A DNA stretch of 64,000 nucleotides. Origin: an uncultured delta proteobacterium (GTDB lineage Bacteria; Myxococcota; Myxococcia; Myxococcales; Myxococcaceae). How positions within the stretch are numbered: the stretch's first letter is position 1; each line of letters begins with the position of its first letter. The stretch is taken from NCBI GenBank assembly GCA_963771175.1, contig CAVYSY010000057.1:1-64000 (forward strand). The letters run 5' to 3'. This document shows, piece by piece, positions 40,218 through 51,761 of the stretch. Made by a program: the position numbers and the translations under genes. The notes under the pieces are model-generated. The model saw only the letters and a list, made by a program, of their open reading frames with translations, made no database searches and was not told the DNA's origin.

Positions 40218-41182
40218 GCGGGATGAAAGACAAGCGCGTGGTGGTGACAGGCGGCTCCGGCTTCATTGGCAGCCACCTGGTGAAGCAGCTGCTGGAGCAG
40301 GGCGCGAAGGTGGCCGTCACGACGCGCTACGGCAACGTGATGAAGAACGAGCGCCTGCGCGAGGAGTGGCCGCGCATCAAGGTGATTGAAGCGGACTTGC
40401 GCAACCGCGGCGCGCTGGACGCGGTGGCGAAGTTCAACCCCCAGGTGGTGTTCCACCTGGCCGCCTACAACCACGTGGGCGAGAGCTTCCGGCAGGTGGA
40501 GGAGTGCTTCGACGTCAACGCCAAGGGCACCGCCAACCTGCTGGACGTGGTGCCCGGCACCGAGTCCTTCATCTACATGTCCACCTCGGAGGTGTACGGC
40601 TACCAGAAGTCCGTGCCCTTCGTGGAGACGATGAGCCCCGAGCCCATCTCGCCCTACGCCATCACCAAGTACGCGGGCGAGCTGTACTGCCGGATGAAGC
40701 AGCGGATGAAGGGCAGCGGGCGCATCGTCGTGCTGCGACCCTTCAACGCCTACGGCCCCTACCAGAGCAGCAAGGCCATCATCCCCGAGCTCATCATCAA
40801 CTGCCTCAAGGGCAAGCCCGTCCGCACCACCAAGGGCGAGCAGACCCGCGAGTTCAACTACGTGGGCAACCTGGTGGACGGGCTCCTCGCCGCCGCCGAG
40901 GACAAGAGCACCATCGAGGGTCCGGTGAACCTCGCCTCGGGCGAGGAGGTGGCCATCCGCGACCTGGTGAAGAAGATCGCCACGCTCACCGAAACGAAGT
41001 CCTCCATCGAGATTGGCGCGCTGGAGAACCGGCCCACCGAAATCTGGCGGATGTTCGCGGACAGCACGCGGGCGCGCTCGCTGTTCGGCTGGACGCCTCG
41101 GGTGAGCCTGGACGAGGGCCTCAAACGCACGGTGGAGTGGTACCGCCACTACCTCGCCAACGGCGGCTCCCACCTGGAGTGA
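40214..41182 (+). CDS. NAD-dependent NDP-sugar epimerase/dehydratase
   Basis: VTGGSGFIG, STSEVYG, SPYAITK, RPFNAYGP. Confidence 0.94.
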   Translation: MSGMKDKRVVVTGGSGFIGSHLVKQLLEQGAKVAVTTRYGNVMKNERLREEWPRIKVIEADLRNRGALDAVAKFNPQVVFHLAAYNHVGESFRQVEECFDVNAKGTANLLDVVPGTESFIYMSTSEVYGYQKSVPFVETMSPEPISPYAITKYAGELYCRMKQRMKGSGRIVVLRPFNAYGPYQSSKAIIPELIINCLKGKPVRTTKGEQTREFNYVGNLVDGLLAAAEDKSTIEGPVNLASGEEVAIRDLVKKIATLTETKSSIEIGALENRPTEIWRMFADSTRARSLFGWTPRVSLDEGLKRTVEWYRHYLANGGSHLE

Positions 41183-41189
41183 GCCAATC

Positions 41190-41898
41190 ATGGAAAGCAT
41201 CCTCAACCGACTGCGGCCCCTGGCCCGCCTGATGCCCGAGGGCCTCAAGGGCCCGCTTCGCAACGTGGTCCGCGACTGGCAGCTCCGCCAGGCCATGGAG
41301 CGGATCGCCGCGCTGCCTCCCGGGCGCCTGCCCACGCCCCGGCATGGTGGAGGAGCTGCGGCTGGGTTGGGGCAACCTGGGCTACGCCGCGCGTCCCGAG
41401 TACCTCCAGGAGCTGATGGAGCGGGCCTCGACGACGCCCGGCCCCATCCTCGAGTGCGGCTCGGGCGTCTCCACCCTGCTGCTGGGGTTGCTGGCCGGCA
41501 AGCGGGGCGTGGAGACGTGGACGCTGGAGCACCTGCCCCAGTGGCATGCGCGCGTGTCCGGCACCCTGGAGCGACAGGGCCTGCGCCACGTCCACAACTG
41601 CCTCGCCCCGCTGCGCGACTACGGCGGCTACTCCTGGTACTCGCCTCCGGTGGAGCGCATGCCGGCCTCCTTCCAGCTCGTCATCTGTGACGGGCCCCCC
41701 GGCTCGACACCGGGCGGACGCTATGGCCTGTGGCCGGTGCTCGGCGAGCGGCTCGCCCCGGGCGCCGTCATCCTCCTGGATGACGCGGACCGGCCCGGCG
41801 AGGAGGAGGTGCTGCAGCGCTGGCGAGCCGAGGCGGACATGCGCGTGGAGATGCGCCGGGTCCAGGGCGGCGCCTACGCCGTCATCACCCGCCCGTGA
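41190..41898 (+). CDS. Class I SAM-dependent methyltransferase; frameshift near 41340
   Basis: ILECGSGVST, LVICDGPP, ILLDDADR. Confidence 0.85.
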
Positions 41899-41908
41899 GC
41901 ACTCCGGC

Positions 41909-42907
41909 TCACGCCGCCTGGCGCAGGGAGAGGTAGCGGCGCACGACGCCCCGGAGGGGCCGGGTCGACCACACCGCGAGGAAGAGCTGGCCCTCGCGGT
42001 AGTGCGCCTCGGAGACGAGGCCCCGCTGCCGGCACCGGCGCCACACCTCGAAGGCCTCCTCCCGGTGGCCCTGCTCGCGCCACTGCTCGGCGAGAGTCAT
42101 GTGGAGACGAGCCAGCAGCAGCCGACGCCGGGGGGTGAGGCCACCGGACTCCTCCAGGTTCCGCTGCGCCGAGGCCACCGTCCGCTCAATGCCGCGCAGT
42201 TGCGGCGGCCCCCTCTTCGTCCCGGAGATGGTGGGCCGATCCGGTGTCTGCACCCGGTGGAAGAAGAGGGGACCCTCGGGGAAGCACTGGTAGCGCACGC
42301 CCCGGGCCAGCGCCCGCACGTAGAAGTCCCAGTCCTGCCAGCACGGCAGCGCCTCATCCCAGGGGCCGAGCCTCAGCAGAGCGTCGCGGCGCCACAGCGC
42401 CCCGGCCGTCTGCCAGGGGATGTCCACGCGCAGGTAGCGCTCGAGGTCATCCTGTCCCGGCAGGGCCTCCACCACGCGCGGCATGTCCCCGGGATGGGTG
42501 TGGAAGTGCTGGAGGGGGAAGACGCCGAAGTCGAGCCCGGGCGCGGTCTCCATCCACCGCAGGCGCTCCTCCAGGCAGCGCGGGGACAGGGCATCGTCGT
42601 CGTCGAGGAAGATGAGGAACTCGCCGGTGGAGGCGGCGAAGCCGAGGTTGCGGCAGCGGTTGCCACCGGCTGGCTCGTCCTCGCGCACCACCACGCGGAC
42701 GCGCGGGTCGGAGGCGCCCCACTCCTGGAGACGCGCCACCGTCTCGTCGCGCGAGCCATCGTCCACGACGACCGCCTCCCAGTCCGTGTGGCGCTGTCGC
42801 TGGAGTGACTCCAGCGCCTCCGTGAGCAGCGGCAGCCGGTCCCGGGTGGGAATCACCACCGAAACCCGGCCTCGGACACCGGCACCTGGTCTGGACGACA
42901 GTGACAT
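41909..42907 (-). CDS. Glycosyltransferase family 2
   Basis: VSVVIPTRDR, VVDDGS, IFLDDDD, QDWDF. Confidence 0.93.
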   Translation of the reverse strand: MSLSSRPGAGVRGRVSVVIPTRDRLPLLTEALESLQRQRHTDWEAVVVDDGSRDETVARLQEWGASDPRVRVVVREDEPAGGNRCRNLGFAASTGEFLIFLDDDDALSPRCLEERLRWMETAPGLDFGVFPLQHFHTHPGDMPRVVEALPGQDDLERYLRVDIPWQTAGALWRRDALLRLGPWDEALPCWQDWDFYVRALARGVRYQCFPEGPLFFHRVQTPDRPTISGTKRGPPQLRGIERTVASAQRNLEESGGLTPRRRLLLARLHMTLAEQWREQGHREEAFEVWRRCRQRGLVSEAHYREGQLFLAVWSTRPLRGVVRRYLSLRQAA

Positions 42908-43029
42908 GCGTTCGACTCTATCCAAAACGGTCCCACCGGGAAGCGAGGAGGATGAGCGTCTGCTCACCATCCAGCCAATAGCCGACAGAGCGCTTGCGCG
43001 CGCGTGGCGGGTTGTCCGATGGTCATCCG

Positions 43030-44566
43030 GTGACACGCGCCAGCCGGTTCCTGAGTGGCTTCAAATGGGGGCTCATCAACCAGGTGCTGACACTGGTGGT
43101 GGGACTGCTCGTCACGCCCTTCCTGCTGCGGCGCCTGGGCCAGTCGGACCTGGGCTTGTGGATGGTGGCCAGCTCGCTGCTGGGCTACCTGGGGCTGTTG
43201 GACCTGGGCGTCGTCGCCCTGCTTCCGCGCGAGACCGCCTACGCGGCGGGACGTCACCCGGAGCGGCCCCTGCCGGCGGTGGCCGACGTCTTCAGCCGGG
43301 CCCTCCAGATTGCCCTCCTCCAGCTCCCGTTGGTGGCCGCGGGCGCCGCGCTCCTGCTGCTGCTTCTTCCGGAGAACAGCGAGCGGCTCGTCCATCCCTT
43401 CCTGCTGGTGCTGGGCACCTTCGTCGTCCTCTTCCCGCTGCGCCTCTTCCAGGCGGTGCTGAACGGCTTGCAGGACTTGCGCTTCCTGGGCGTGCTGCAG
43501 ACGGTGAGCTGGGCCGCGGGCACCGCCACGAGCGTGGGCCTCGTCCTGCGGACGCGGGCCTGTTCGCGGTCGCCGCCGGCTGGGTGGTGACGCAGGGATT
43601 GTCGGCGCTCGCCTGCTTCTGGCGCCTGCGCACCGCCTTCCCGGAGGCGGTGCCCCGCCGGCTGTCCCGGCCCTCGTGGGAGAGCATCCGCTCCTGGCTG
43701 TCCCAGTCGCTGTGGATCACCGTCTCCAACGTGGCGCGACTGCTGCGGCTGGGCACGGACGTGGTCGTCATCGGCAAGCTGCTCGGGCCCGAGGCGGTGG
43801 TCCCCTATGCCTGCACGGCCCGACTCGTGAGCGTGTTGAGCAACATTCCGCAGATGGCGCTGGGAGTGCCCAGCCCGCCCTGGCCGAGCTGCGCATGAGC
43901 GCCGACAAGGCGCGCGTCACCGAGGTGTCCAACGCGCTGGAGCGGCTCATGCTCTTCCTGAGCGGCGGCGCCTTCTGTGGCCTGCTGGCCATCAACGAGG
44001 GTTTCGTCCGGTTCTGGGTGGGCGAGCAGCAGTACGGTGGGCTGGCGCTGACGCTGCTGTTCCTGACGAGCATGCTGCTGCGCCACTTCTGCCTGTCGGT
44101 GAACTCGTGCCTGTTCTGCTTCGGGTACGAGCGGCGGCTGGCGCTGACGGCCATCACCGACGGAGTGGTGACCGTTCCTGTTCCTGTGGCTCGGCGTCTC
44201 CCTGTTCGGGCTGGTGGGCGCGGCGCTCGCGCCCGTCCTCGGCATCTGCACGGTGTCACTGCCGATGAACGTGTCCCTCCTGGCTCGGGACTCCGGGCGC
44301 TCGGTGTGGCAGGTGGTGCGCAACCTCGCGCCGTGGGCGGTGCGGTTCGCGGTGGTGCTCGCGCTGTCACTGGGGATCGCCCTGGGGCTGAAGCCGCGAG
44401 GCCTTCCGGTCCTGACGCTGGCGGGCACGCTGGTGGGCGGCGTCTACCTGCTCGTCGTGGGTCCGCTGCTGTTCCAGGCGCCCCTGGGCCCGTACGTCCG
44501 CCCCGCGTCGAGGCACTCCGGGCCCGGTGGAACGCCCTGCGCTCGGGCCGGCTCGGCACGGGCTGA
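43030..44566 (+). CDS. wzx: Wzx-type oligosaccharide flippase; frameshifted
   Basis: Polytopic membrane protein; TPFLLRRLG..GLW..GYLGLLDLGV; TDVVVIGKLLGPEAV; location in the cluster. Confidence 0.82.
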
Positions 44567-44571
44567 GCCCG

Positions 44572-45768
44572 CTACTCCCCTCCCTCCGCCAGCAACGCGC
44601 TCAGCGCGTCCACGTGGGCCTCGGCGTTGAAGCGCCGGGCCGTGCGCCAGGCCCCCTCGCGCAGCCGGGCATGGTGGCCCGGGTCGGCGAGCGCCCGGAC
44701 GAGGGCATCGGCGAGCCCCTCGGGCGTGGGTGGATCGCCCGGGGCGAGTTCCCCGGAGACGCCCGGCTCGCACCAGTCGGGGATGCCGCCCACCGCGAAG
44801 GCCACCGAGGGGAGCCCCACCCCGCCCGCCTCCACGCCCACCATCCCGAAGGGCTCGGGCCAGACGCTCGGCACCGCGAGCAGGTCCGCCCGCCGCATCA
44901 ACCGCTCCCGCTCGGCCCGGTCCACCCAGCCCACGAAGCGCACCGGCACCCGCCGCGCCGCCGCCTCCGCCTGCATGCGCGGGCGCTCGGGACCATCCCC
45001 CGCCACGACCAACTCCAGCTCGCGCCCCAGGGCCTCGCGGGCCCTCGGCAGGGCGCGCACCAGCTCCACCCCACCCTTCAAGTCCGTGAGTCGCCCCACC
45101 ATCAGCACCTGCCCGGACGGGGGCCGGGGCGCGGGAGGCTCGGGGTCCGGTGCGCCGTCGCCGAACAGGGGCACGCACACCACCTGCTCCTCGGCGAGCC
45201 CGTGCCGGAGGTACTCCTCGCGCATGGCCCGACTGCCCACCAGCACGGTGCCGTAGCGGCGCACGAGGGCGAGGCGGCGGAGCTGGTAGCGGTACTCGCG
45301 CACCGCGGTGAGGGGGCTTCGTCCGCCACAGCGGCGCGGAAGGTAGTGCACGAGACACCCGGGGCCGAGCACGCGCTGGCACGGCACCGGCCGGGGGAAG
45401 GCGTGGCGCTTCATGCCGCCGATGCACGTGCCGTAATAGGCATGGAGGAAGAGCAGCGCCGGGTAGCGCTCCAGCAGCGCCTCCTCCAGGTCGAGGTCCT
45501 CGATGCCGTGCTGGTAGACCCGGTCCGGCCCCCACGCCGCCACTCCCTCGAGCACGCCCTGACGCCCGAGCGCGGTGAGGCTCCACACGGGAATGTCCAC
45601 CCCCGCGTCGATGCGGACCTGGCCGGGGGCGGCGTCGTGCTCGAAGAGGAGCCCGAGGGTATGGCCTCGGGCCTGGAGGAGCGGCAGCAGCGTGCGCAGG
45701 TGCGACTCGACCCCGCCCACCATGGCGCGGATCCTCGTGACGAGAAGGATGCGCATACCGTGGCTCAT
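44572..45768 (-). CDS. Glycosyltransferase family 4
   Basis: VGGVE, VGRLTDLKG, PSVWPEPFGMVGVEA. Confidence 0.92.
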   Translation of the reverse strand: MSHGMRILLVTRIRAMVGGVESHLRTLLPLLQARGHTLGLLFEHDAAPGQVRIDAGVDIPVWSLTALGRQGVLEGVAAWGPDRVYQHGIEDLDLEEALLERYPALLFLHAYYGTCIGGMKRHAFPRPVPCQRVLGPGCLVHYLPRRCGGRSPLTAVREYRYQLRRLALVRRYGTVLVGSRAMREEYLRHGLAEEQVVCVPLFGDGAPDPEPPAPRPPSGQVLMVGRLTDLKGGVELVRALPRAREALGRELELVVAGDGPERPRMQAEAAARRVPVRFVGWVDRAERERLMRRADLLAVPSVWPEPFGMVGVEAGGVGLPSVAFAVGGIPDWCEPGVSGELAPGDPPTPEGLADALVRALADPGHHARLREGAWRTARRFNAEAHVDALSALLAEGGE

Positions 45769-45979
45769 GGGGCGTCCCGGGGAGCTTCGACACGGAGAAG
45801 CGAGCGGCGCGTTCGACTCATGAGCGGCCCCATCCTGCCACCCCCGGCCCTGGAATGGTCGCGTCCCCTCAGGGAGCCAGGTCCCCCCATCACCGAGCGA
45901 ACAGTCGGACCGCGTTCCTCCCCCGAGCGTCGCACCGTCGCCTTGACCCGGCCCGGTCTCCTCTGGTGGGGTCCCCCCC

Positions 45980-47221
45980 GTGCGGTTGCTCTTCCTGAGT
46001 CCAGTGGGGGTGGTAGGGGGCGCGGAGCGGACGCTCCTGGACCTCCTGGATTGCCTGCGCCGCGCACCGGAAGCGCCCGGGCTCGGGCTCATCGCCGGAG
46101 CGGAGGGACCGCTGACGGAGCAGGCACGGGCCCTGGGCGTGGAGACGCTCGCCCTGCCCCTGCCCTCCGAGCTCGCCTCCCTGGGGGACTCGCAACTGCG
46201 CGGCGCGGGAGCGGAGCACCTCCTGCGCTTTGGTGCCTCCCTGGCGCGGGCCACGCCGGCCGCGGCGAGCCACCTGCTCTCCCTGCAACGGGCCCTGCGC
46301 GACTTCCGGCCGGACCTCGTCCACTCCAACGGGCTCAAGACGCACCTGCTCGCCGCGCTCTGTGCGCCGGGGGCTCCGGTGGTGTGGCACGTCCACGACT
46401 TCCTCGGCGAGCGGCCCCTGGTGCAGCGGGCACTGCGCGTGGCCGGAGTGCGCGCGGCCGCGGCCATCGCCAACTCGGCGGCGGTGGCGGAGGACGCCCG
46501 GCACGTGCTGGGCCGCGTCCCGGTGTACCCCGTCCACAACGGCGTGGACACGGAGCGCTTCTCTCCCGGCCCGGCTGACGGTGGGCGGCTCGACGCGCTC
46601 GCGGGCCTGCCCCCGGCGCCCGAGGGCACGGTGCGGCTCGGGCTCGTGGCCACGTACGCGCGCTGGAAGGGGCAGGAGCTGTTCCTCCAGGCGGCGGCGC
46701 GCCTGCGGGCCCGACTCCCCACGCACCCGGTGCGCTTCTACGTGGTGGGCAGCCCCGTGTACCGCACGCCCGGCTCGCAGTACTCCGAGGCGGAGCTGCG
46801 CGCCACCGCGCACGCGCTGGGCCTGGAGGGCCACGTGGGCTTCATCCCCTTCCAGGCCGAGCCCTCCGACATCTACCGGGCGCTCGACGGGGTGGTGCAC
46901 GCCAGCACGCGGCCGGAGCCCTTCGGGATGACCATCGTCGAGGCCATGGCGTGCGCCCGGGCGGTGGTGGTGTCCGCCGCGGGCGGGGCCGCGGAGCTCG
47001 TCCGGCCCGGGCACGACGCGCTGGCCTTCTCGCCCGGAGACGTGGAGGGGCTGGCCGAGGCGCTGGCGCGGCTCGTCCGGGAACCGGAGCGGCGCGCGCG
47101 ACTGGGCGAGGAGGCCCGGAGCTCGGTGCTCGCGCGCTTCACCCGCGAGCGCTACGCCGCGCAGGTGCGGGACGTGTACTCGCGGGTGCTGGGAGGAGGG
47201 CATGAGCCGGGAACGGCGTGA
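45980..47221 (+). CDS. Glycosyltransferase family 4
   Basis: GGAER, RWKGQ, PEPFGMTIVEAMA. Confidence 0.93.
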   Translation: MRLLFLSPVGVVGGAERTLLDLLDCLRRAPEAPGLGLIAGAEGPLTEQARALGVETLALPLPSELASLGDSQLRGAGAEHLLRFGASLARATPAAASHLLSLQRALRDFRPDLVHSNGLKTHLLAALCAPGAPVVWHVHDFLGERPLVQRALRVAGVRAAAAIANSAAVAEDARHVLGRVPVYPVHNGVDTERFSPGPADGGRLDALAGLPPAPEGTVRLGLVATYARWKGQELFLQAAARLRARLPTHPVRFYVVGSPVYRTPGSQYSEAELRATAHALGLEGHVGFIPFQAEPSDIYRALDGVVHASTRPEPFGMTIVEAMACARAVVVSAAGGAAELVRPGHDALAFSPGDVEGLAEALARLVREPERRARLGEEARSSVLARFTRERYAAQVRDVYSRVLGGGHEPGTA

Positions 47222-48394
47222 CCGCGCTCGGCGTCTCCTGGCACTTCCTCACGGGCGAGTTCCCCCCGCAGCCCGGCGGAGTGAGCGACTACACGTGGCA
47301 GGTGGCCGAGGGGCTCGCGCGCGAGGGCGTGCGCCGTCCACGTCTGGGCCCCGGGCGAGCGGCAGGACAGCGCGCCCGAGGGCGTCACGGTCCACCGGCT
47401 CCCCGAGGGCTTCGGCCCGCGAGGCCTGCGGCGGCTGGAGCGCGAGCTGGCGCGACTCCCCGGCCCGAAGCGGCTGGTGGTGCAGTACGTGCCGCACGCC
47501 TTCGGCTACCGGGCGATGAACGTCCCCTTCGCGCTGTGGCTCGCGGCGCGTCGCGGCGACGAGGTGTGGAGTTTCTTCCACGAGGTCTGCTTCCCCTGGG
47601 GCTGGAAGCGGCCGTGGCGCCACAACGTGCTGGGGGCCGTCACGCGGGTGATGGCGGCGCTCGTGGTGGCGCGGGCGGACCGCGTCTTCGTCTCCACGCC
47701 GTGGTGGAACGAGCGCCTGCACAAGCCGCCGCGTCGAGTGCCCATCGAGTGGCTGCCCGTGCCGAGCAACCTGCCCACGCAACCCGCCGCCGAGCGCGGT
47801 GGAGGCCGCCCGGGCCTCGCTGGGAGCGGACCCCGAGGCCGTGCTGCTCGGCCACCTGGGGACGTACGGAGACCTCATCACGGGGATGCTGGAGGAGGTG
47901 CTGCCCGCGCTGCTGCGACGGGACGCGCGCCGCCTGGTGGTGCTGGCGGGCCGGGGCGGCACGCGCTTCGCCGAGCAGCTCACCAGCCGCCACCCGGAGC
48001 TCGCCGGGCGCGTGCGCGCGCTGGGAGGCCTGCCCGGGGACGACCCTGGCCGCCACGCTGAAGGCCTGCGACGTGCTGCTGCAGCCCTTCCCCGACGGGC
48101 TGAGCACGCGGCGCAGCAGCGCCATGGCGGGGCTGGGGCTGGGCGTGCCGCTGGTGTCCAACGCCGGCTCCGCCACCGAGCACCGTGTGGCACGGCTCCG
48201 GCGCGCTCGCGCTGGCCCCCGAGCCCACGGGCGCCGCGGTGCGGGCGGCGGCCGAGGCCCTGCTGTCCGCGCCGGAGACCTGGCCCGACCTGGGCCGGCG
48301 CGCGGCCGATTTCTACGCGAAGAAATTCTCGCTCGCGCACACGCTGGACGTGCTCCTGGACCGGAGCCGCGCTCGCGTGGTGGAGGACACATGA
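47218..48394 (+). CDS. Glycosyltransferase (GT-B); frameshifted
   Basis: EFPPQPGGVSDYT, VQYVPHAFG, PVPSN, QPFPDGLSTRRSS. Confidence 0.8.
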
Positions 48395-49547
48395 GCCGCC
48401 CCTGGAGGTCCGCTGCGCCTGGTGCTGCTGATGGACCCGCTCGAGGAGGGCTGGCCGAGCATGGACCTCGCGGGCGAAGCGCTGCACGAGCAGTTCCACG
48501 GCCCGCTGGCGGAGTCCGTGTGGGTGACGTCGGTGCGCCCGAGGATGGTGCCCCTGGCGCGGCGGCTGCCCGTGCTGAGAGATCGGCGGCAGGCCCTCAA
48601 CGTGGACCGGCTGCTCACGCGATTCCTCGCGTACCCGGCGCGGGCGGCGGTGCGCACGCGCGGGCAGGACGCCTACCACGTGGTGGACCACACGTACGCG
48701 CAGCTCGTGCACGCGCTGCCCGCCGAGCGCACGGGCGTGTACTGCCACGACCTGGACGCCTTCCGCGGCCTCATCGAGCCGGAGAAGGAGCCGAGGCCCG
48801 CGTGGTTCAAGGCGATGGCCTGGGCCACGTTGAAGGGGCTACAGCGGGCAGCGGTGGTGTTCCACAGCACGGGCAGCGGTGCGCGAGGAGTTGCTGCGCC
48901 ACGGGCTGGTGCCGCCGGAGCGGCTGGTCCACGCGCCCCTGGGCGCCTCGCCGGAGTACGGACCCGAGCCGGTGCCGGGAGACACGAGCGACGAGGTGCT
49001 GCGCCCGCTGGAAGGCCGGCCCTACGTGCTGCACGTGGGCAGTGGGGTTCCGCGCAAGCGCGTGGACGTGCTCCTCGAGGTCTTCGCGGCGCTGCGCCGC
49101 CAGCACCCGGAGCTGCGACTGGTGCAGCAGGGGGCCGCGCTGAACGAGTCGCAGCGGGCCCAGGTGGCACGGCTCGGCCTTGGCGACGCCCTGCTGCAAC
49201 CGCCGAAGCAGGACCGGGCGACGCTGTCGGGGCTGTACCGGCGGGCGAAGGTGGTCCTGGTGACGAGCGAGGCGGAAGGCTTCGGGCTGCCCGTCATCGA
49301 GGCCCTGGCCTGCGGTGCGCCCGTGGTGGCGAGCGACCTCCCGGTGCTGCGCGAGGTGGGCGGCGACGTCGTCACCTACGCCCCGGTGGGAGACGTCGGC
49401 GCCTGGACGGAGGCGGTGCACCGCGTGCTGGCATCATCGGAGCCCGACACGGGACAGAGCCAGCGCATCACACGCGGGCGCGGCTACTCCTGGACGAACC
49501 ACGCGCGCATCATCCTCGACACCTACCGTCGGCTATTGGAGCGCTGA
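48391..49547 (+). CDS. Glycosyltransferase family 4; frameshifted
   Basis: EGWPSMD, LHVGSGVPRK, EGFGLPVIEALACG. Confidence 0.88.
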
Positions 49548-49557
49548 ACGGGGTGAG

Positions 49558-50646
49558 CTACCGGGTCACCCGCTCCAGCAGCTCGCGGACGCGGGTACCG
49601 AGCACCGCGTAATCAAACCGCTCACGCGCCACGCCCACCAACGCCTCCCCGGCCCGGAGCCGCTCGGGCCGAGCCAGCAGCCCCTCCACCCGCTCGGCGA
49701 GCCGGGCGGGGTAGGAGCGATCCACCACGCCCTCGTATGGCACGCGCATCTCCTCGGGCAGCACGAGCGAGGCCTCCCCCACGTCGGTGGCGAGCACATA
49801 CCTCCCATGGGCCATGTACAGGGGCAGCTTCCCCGTGGTGCGCACCCGGCCGACCACGTCGTTGCTCTGCGTGGACAGGACGACATCCATCACCCCGAGG
49901 TACTCGGACACGGTCTCGTACGGGATGCGGTCGATGAAGGTCATCTGCCCCTCGAGGCCGTAGCGCCGACACCACTCGCGCAGGTGGGGCACACCGCTGC
50001 CGTCCCCGATGAGCACGCCCCTCACGGGCCGCCCCTTCATCAGGCGCATCAGCTCCACCAGCTCCCAGCCCACACACACCTGGAGCCGCTCGCTCCAAAG
50101 GGTCGAGCCCAGGATGCCCACGGTCAGCACGCCCTCCAACCCCAGCCGCCGGCGCAGCTCCGTGGCGGGACGCGCGAGGAACGCGTCCACGTGCACCCCA
50201 TCCTGGATGACGGTGCTCTCCAGCCCCTGCTCCGCCAGCAACCGCTGGTGGAAGGTGCCGCGCACCACCACGGCGTCCGCGGTGCGCAGGCCGAACTGCT
50301 CGAGCCCCTCGGTGAGCAGCTCCCCCACCCGGCCCCGGCCGCCCACGGAGCGCGCGAGGGCCGCGATGGCATCCCCGGTGTCCACCACGCGCGGGCAGCG
50401 CGCCCGGAGCGAGTGCAGGGCCGCGGCGGCTACTCCCGAGTACCCCAGGTCCATCACGTACAGCACGTCCGGCCGCAGCGCGTGCAGGGCCGCCGTCATC
50501 TCGCCGATGGCACGCACCTTCCGGGGTGCACGGTGCAGCAGCGTGCAGTCGAACATGCTCCCCAGTTCCCGGGCAAAGGACTCGGCGCGCGTGCTCATGG
50601 CGCTCCCCGACGTGCCATTCACCACGAAGGCCACCCGCTTCTTCAT
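49558..50646 (-). CDS. Glycosyltransferase (GT4-like)
   Basis: IGDGS, TTGKLPLYMAHG, TDVGEA. Confidence 0.82.
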   Translation of the reverse strand: MKKRVAFVVNGTSGSAMSTRAESFARELGSMFDCTLLHRAPRKVRAIGEMTAALHALRPDVLYVMDLGYSGVAAAALHSLRARCPRVVDTGDAIAALARSVGGRGRVGELLTEGLEQFGLRTADAVVVRGTFHQRLLAEQGLESTVIQDGVHVDAFLARPATELRRRLGLEGVLTVGILGSTLWSERLQVCVGWELVELMRLMKGRPVRGVLIGDGSGVPHLREWCRRYGLEGQMTFIDRIPYETVSEYLGVMDVVLSTQSNDVVGRVRTTGKLPLYMAHGRYVLATDVGEASLVLPEEMRVPYEGVVDRSYPARLAERVEGLLARPERLRAGEALVGVARERFDYAVLGTRVRELLERVTR

Positions 50647-51761
50647 ACGCGATGCTCCAGCACCTGCGCATAGACCTCGAGTGTCTGACGGGCCACCTCG
50701 TCCCAGGTGCACCGCTCCGCCCGGACCCGGGCCGCCCGACCCAGGCGCTCGGAGAAGACCGCCTCCCCGGCCAGCTCGCGCATCGCGGCCGCGAGCGCCT
50801 CCACGTCTCCCGCCTCGTCCAGCAGCAGCCCGTCCTCGCGGTGGGTGACGAGCTCCGAGGCCCCGGCGGCGCGCGAGACGATGACGGGGAGCCCGGCGGC
50901 CATGGCCTCGGTGACGACCATGCCGAAGGCGTCGTAGGGGGTGGGGCAGACGAAGAGGTCGGCCGCGGCGTAGAAGCGCTCGATGGCGTCGGTCGGCGGA
51001 TGGAAGCGCACGCGAGCGCCGAGCCCCAACCGCTCCGCCCGCGCGCGCGTGGGGCCCGTGTCGCCCCGGGTGACGATGTCCAGGGTGAGCCCCGGCACAC
51101 GGGCCAGCGCCTCCAGCGTCACGGCCGCGCCCTTGCGCAGGTCCCCCACGTAGAGGGCGGTCCGCTCCTCGAGCCCCACGCCGAGCGCCGCGCGCACCTC
51201 GCGCCGGGTGTCGCCGCGCAGGGCCGGGGAGAAGCGCTCCACCTCCACGCCATGGTGGATGACCCGGGTGGGCCCCTGGCGCCCGTACAGCTCGCGCAGC
51301 TCCTCCTCCAGCTTGTGGGAGATGGCGATGACGGTGGCCCCGTCGGACGTCCGATAGAGGAGCTCCTCCAACGGCACCACCACGCTCTCGAAGAGCCGCT
51401 GGCGCGCGCTGTAGTCGTGGCCGAGCGCACGCTGGGCACGGAACCAGGAGCGATTGCAGATGTGGGCGGTGATGACGTTGGCGCCCGTGGTGGCCAGCCC
51501 CTGCGCGTGGACGATGTCGAAGCCCCCGCCCCGCCCGAGCTGGAGGCTGGCCGAGGCATAGAAGGACAGCACGGTGGTGAGCGCGGTGGCGCGCACCGCG
51601 GGCACCCGGTGGAAGGTGATGCCCTCGGCGCCTCGCGAGTCGAAGCGGTGGGCGAAGACATGCACCTCGTGCCGGGCCCGGAAACGCTCGGCCAGCTCCA
51701 CCACGTAGCGGCTGTGGCCGAAACCCCGGTTGTACTCGTGGACCACCAGGGCGATCTTCAT
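50643..51761 (-). CDS. Glycosyltransferase family 4
   Basis: YDAFGMVVTEAMAAGLPVI. Confidence 0.93.
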   Translation of the reverse strand: MKIALVVHEYNRGFGHSRYVVELAERFRARHEVHVFAHRFDSRGAEGITFHRVPAVRATALTTVLSFYASASLQLGRGGGFDIVHAQGLATTGANVITAHICNRSWFRAQRALGHDYSARQRLFESVVVPLEELLYRTSDGATVIAISHKLEEELRELYGRQGPTRVIHHGVEVERFSPALRGDTRREVRAALGVGLEERTALYVGDLRKGAAVTLEALARVPGLTLDIVTRGDTGPTRARAERLGLGARVRFHPPTDAIERFYAAADLFVCPTPYDAFGMVVTEAMAAGLPVIVSRAAGASELVTHREDGLLLDEAGDVEALAAAMRELAGEAVFSERLGRAARVRAERCTWDEVARQTLEVYAQVLEHRV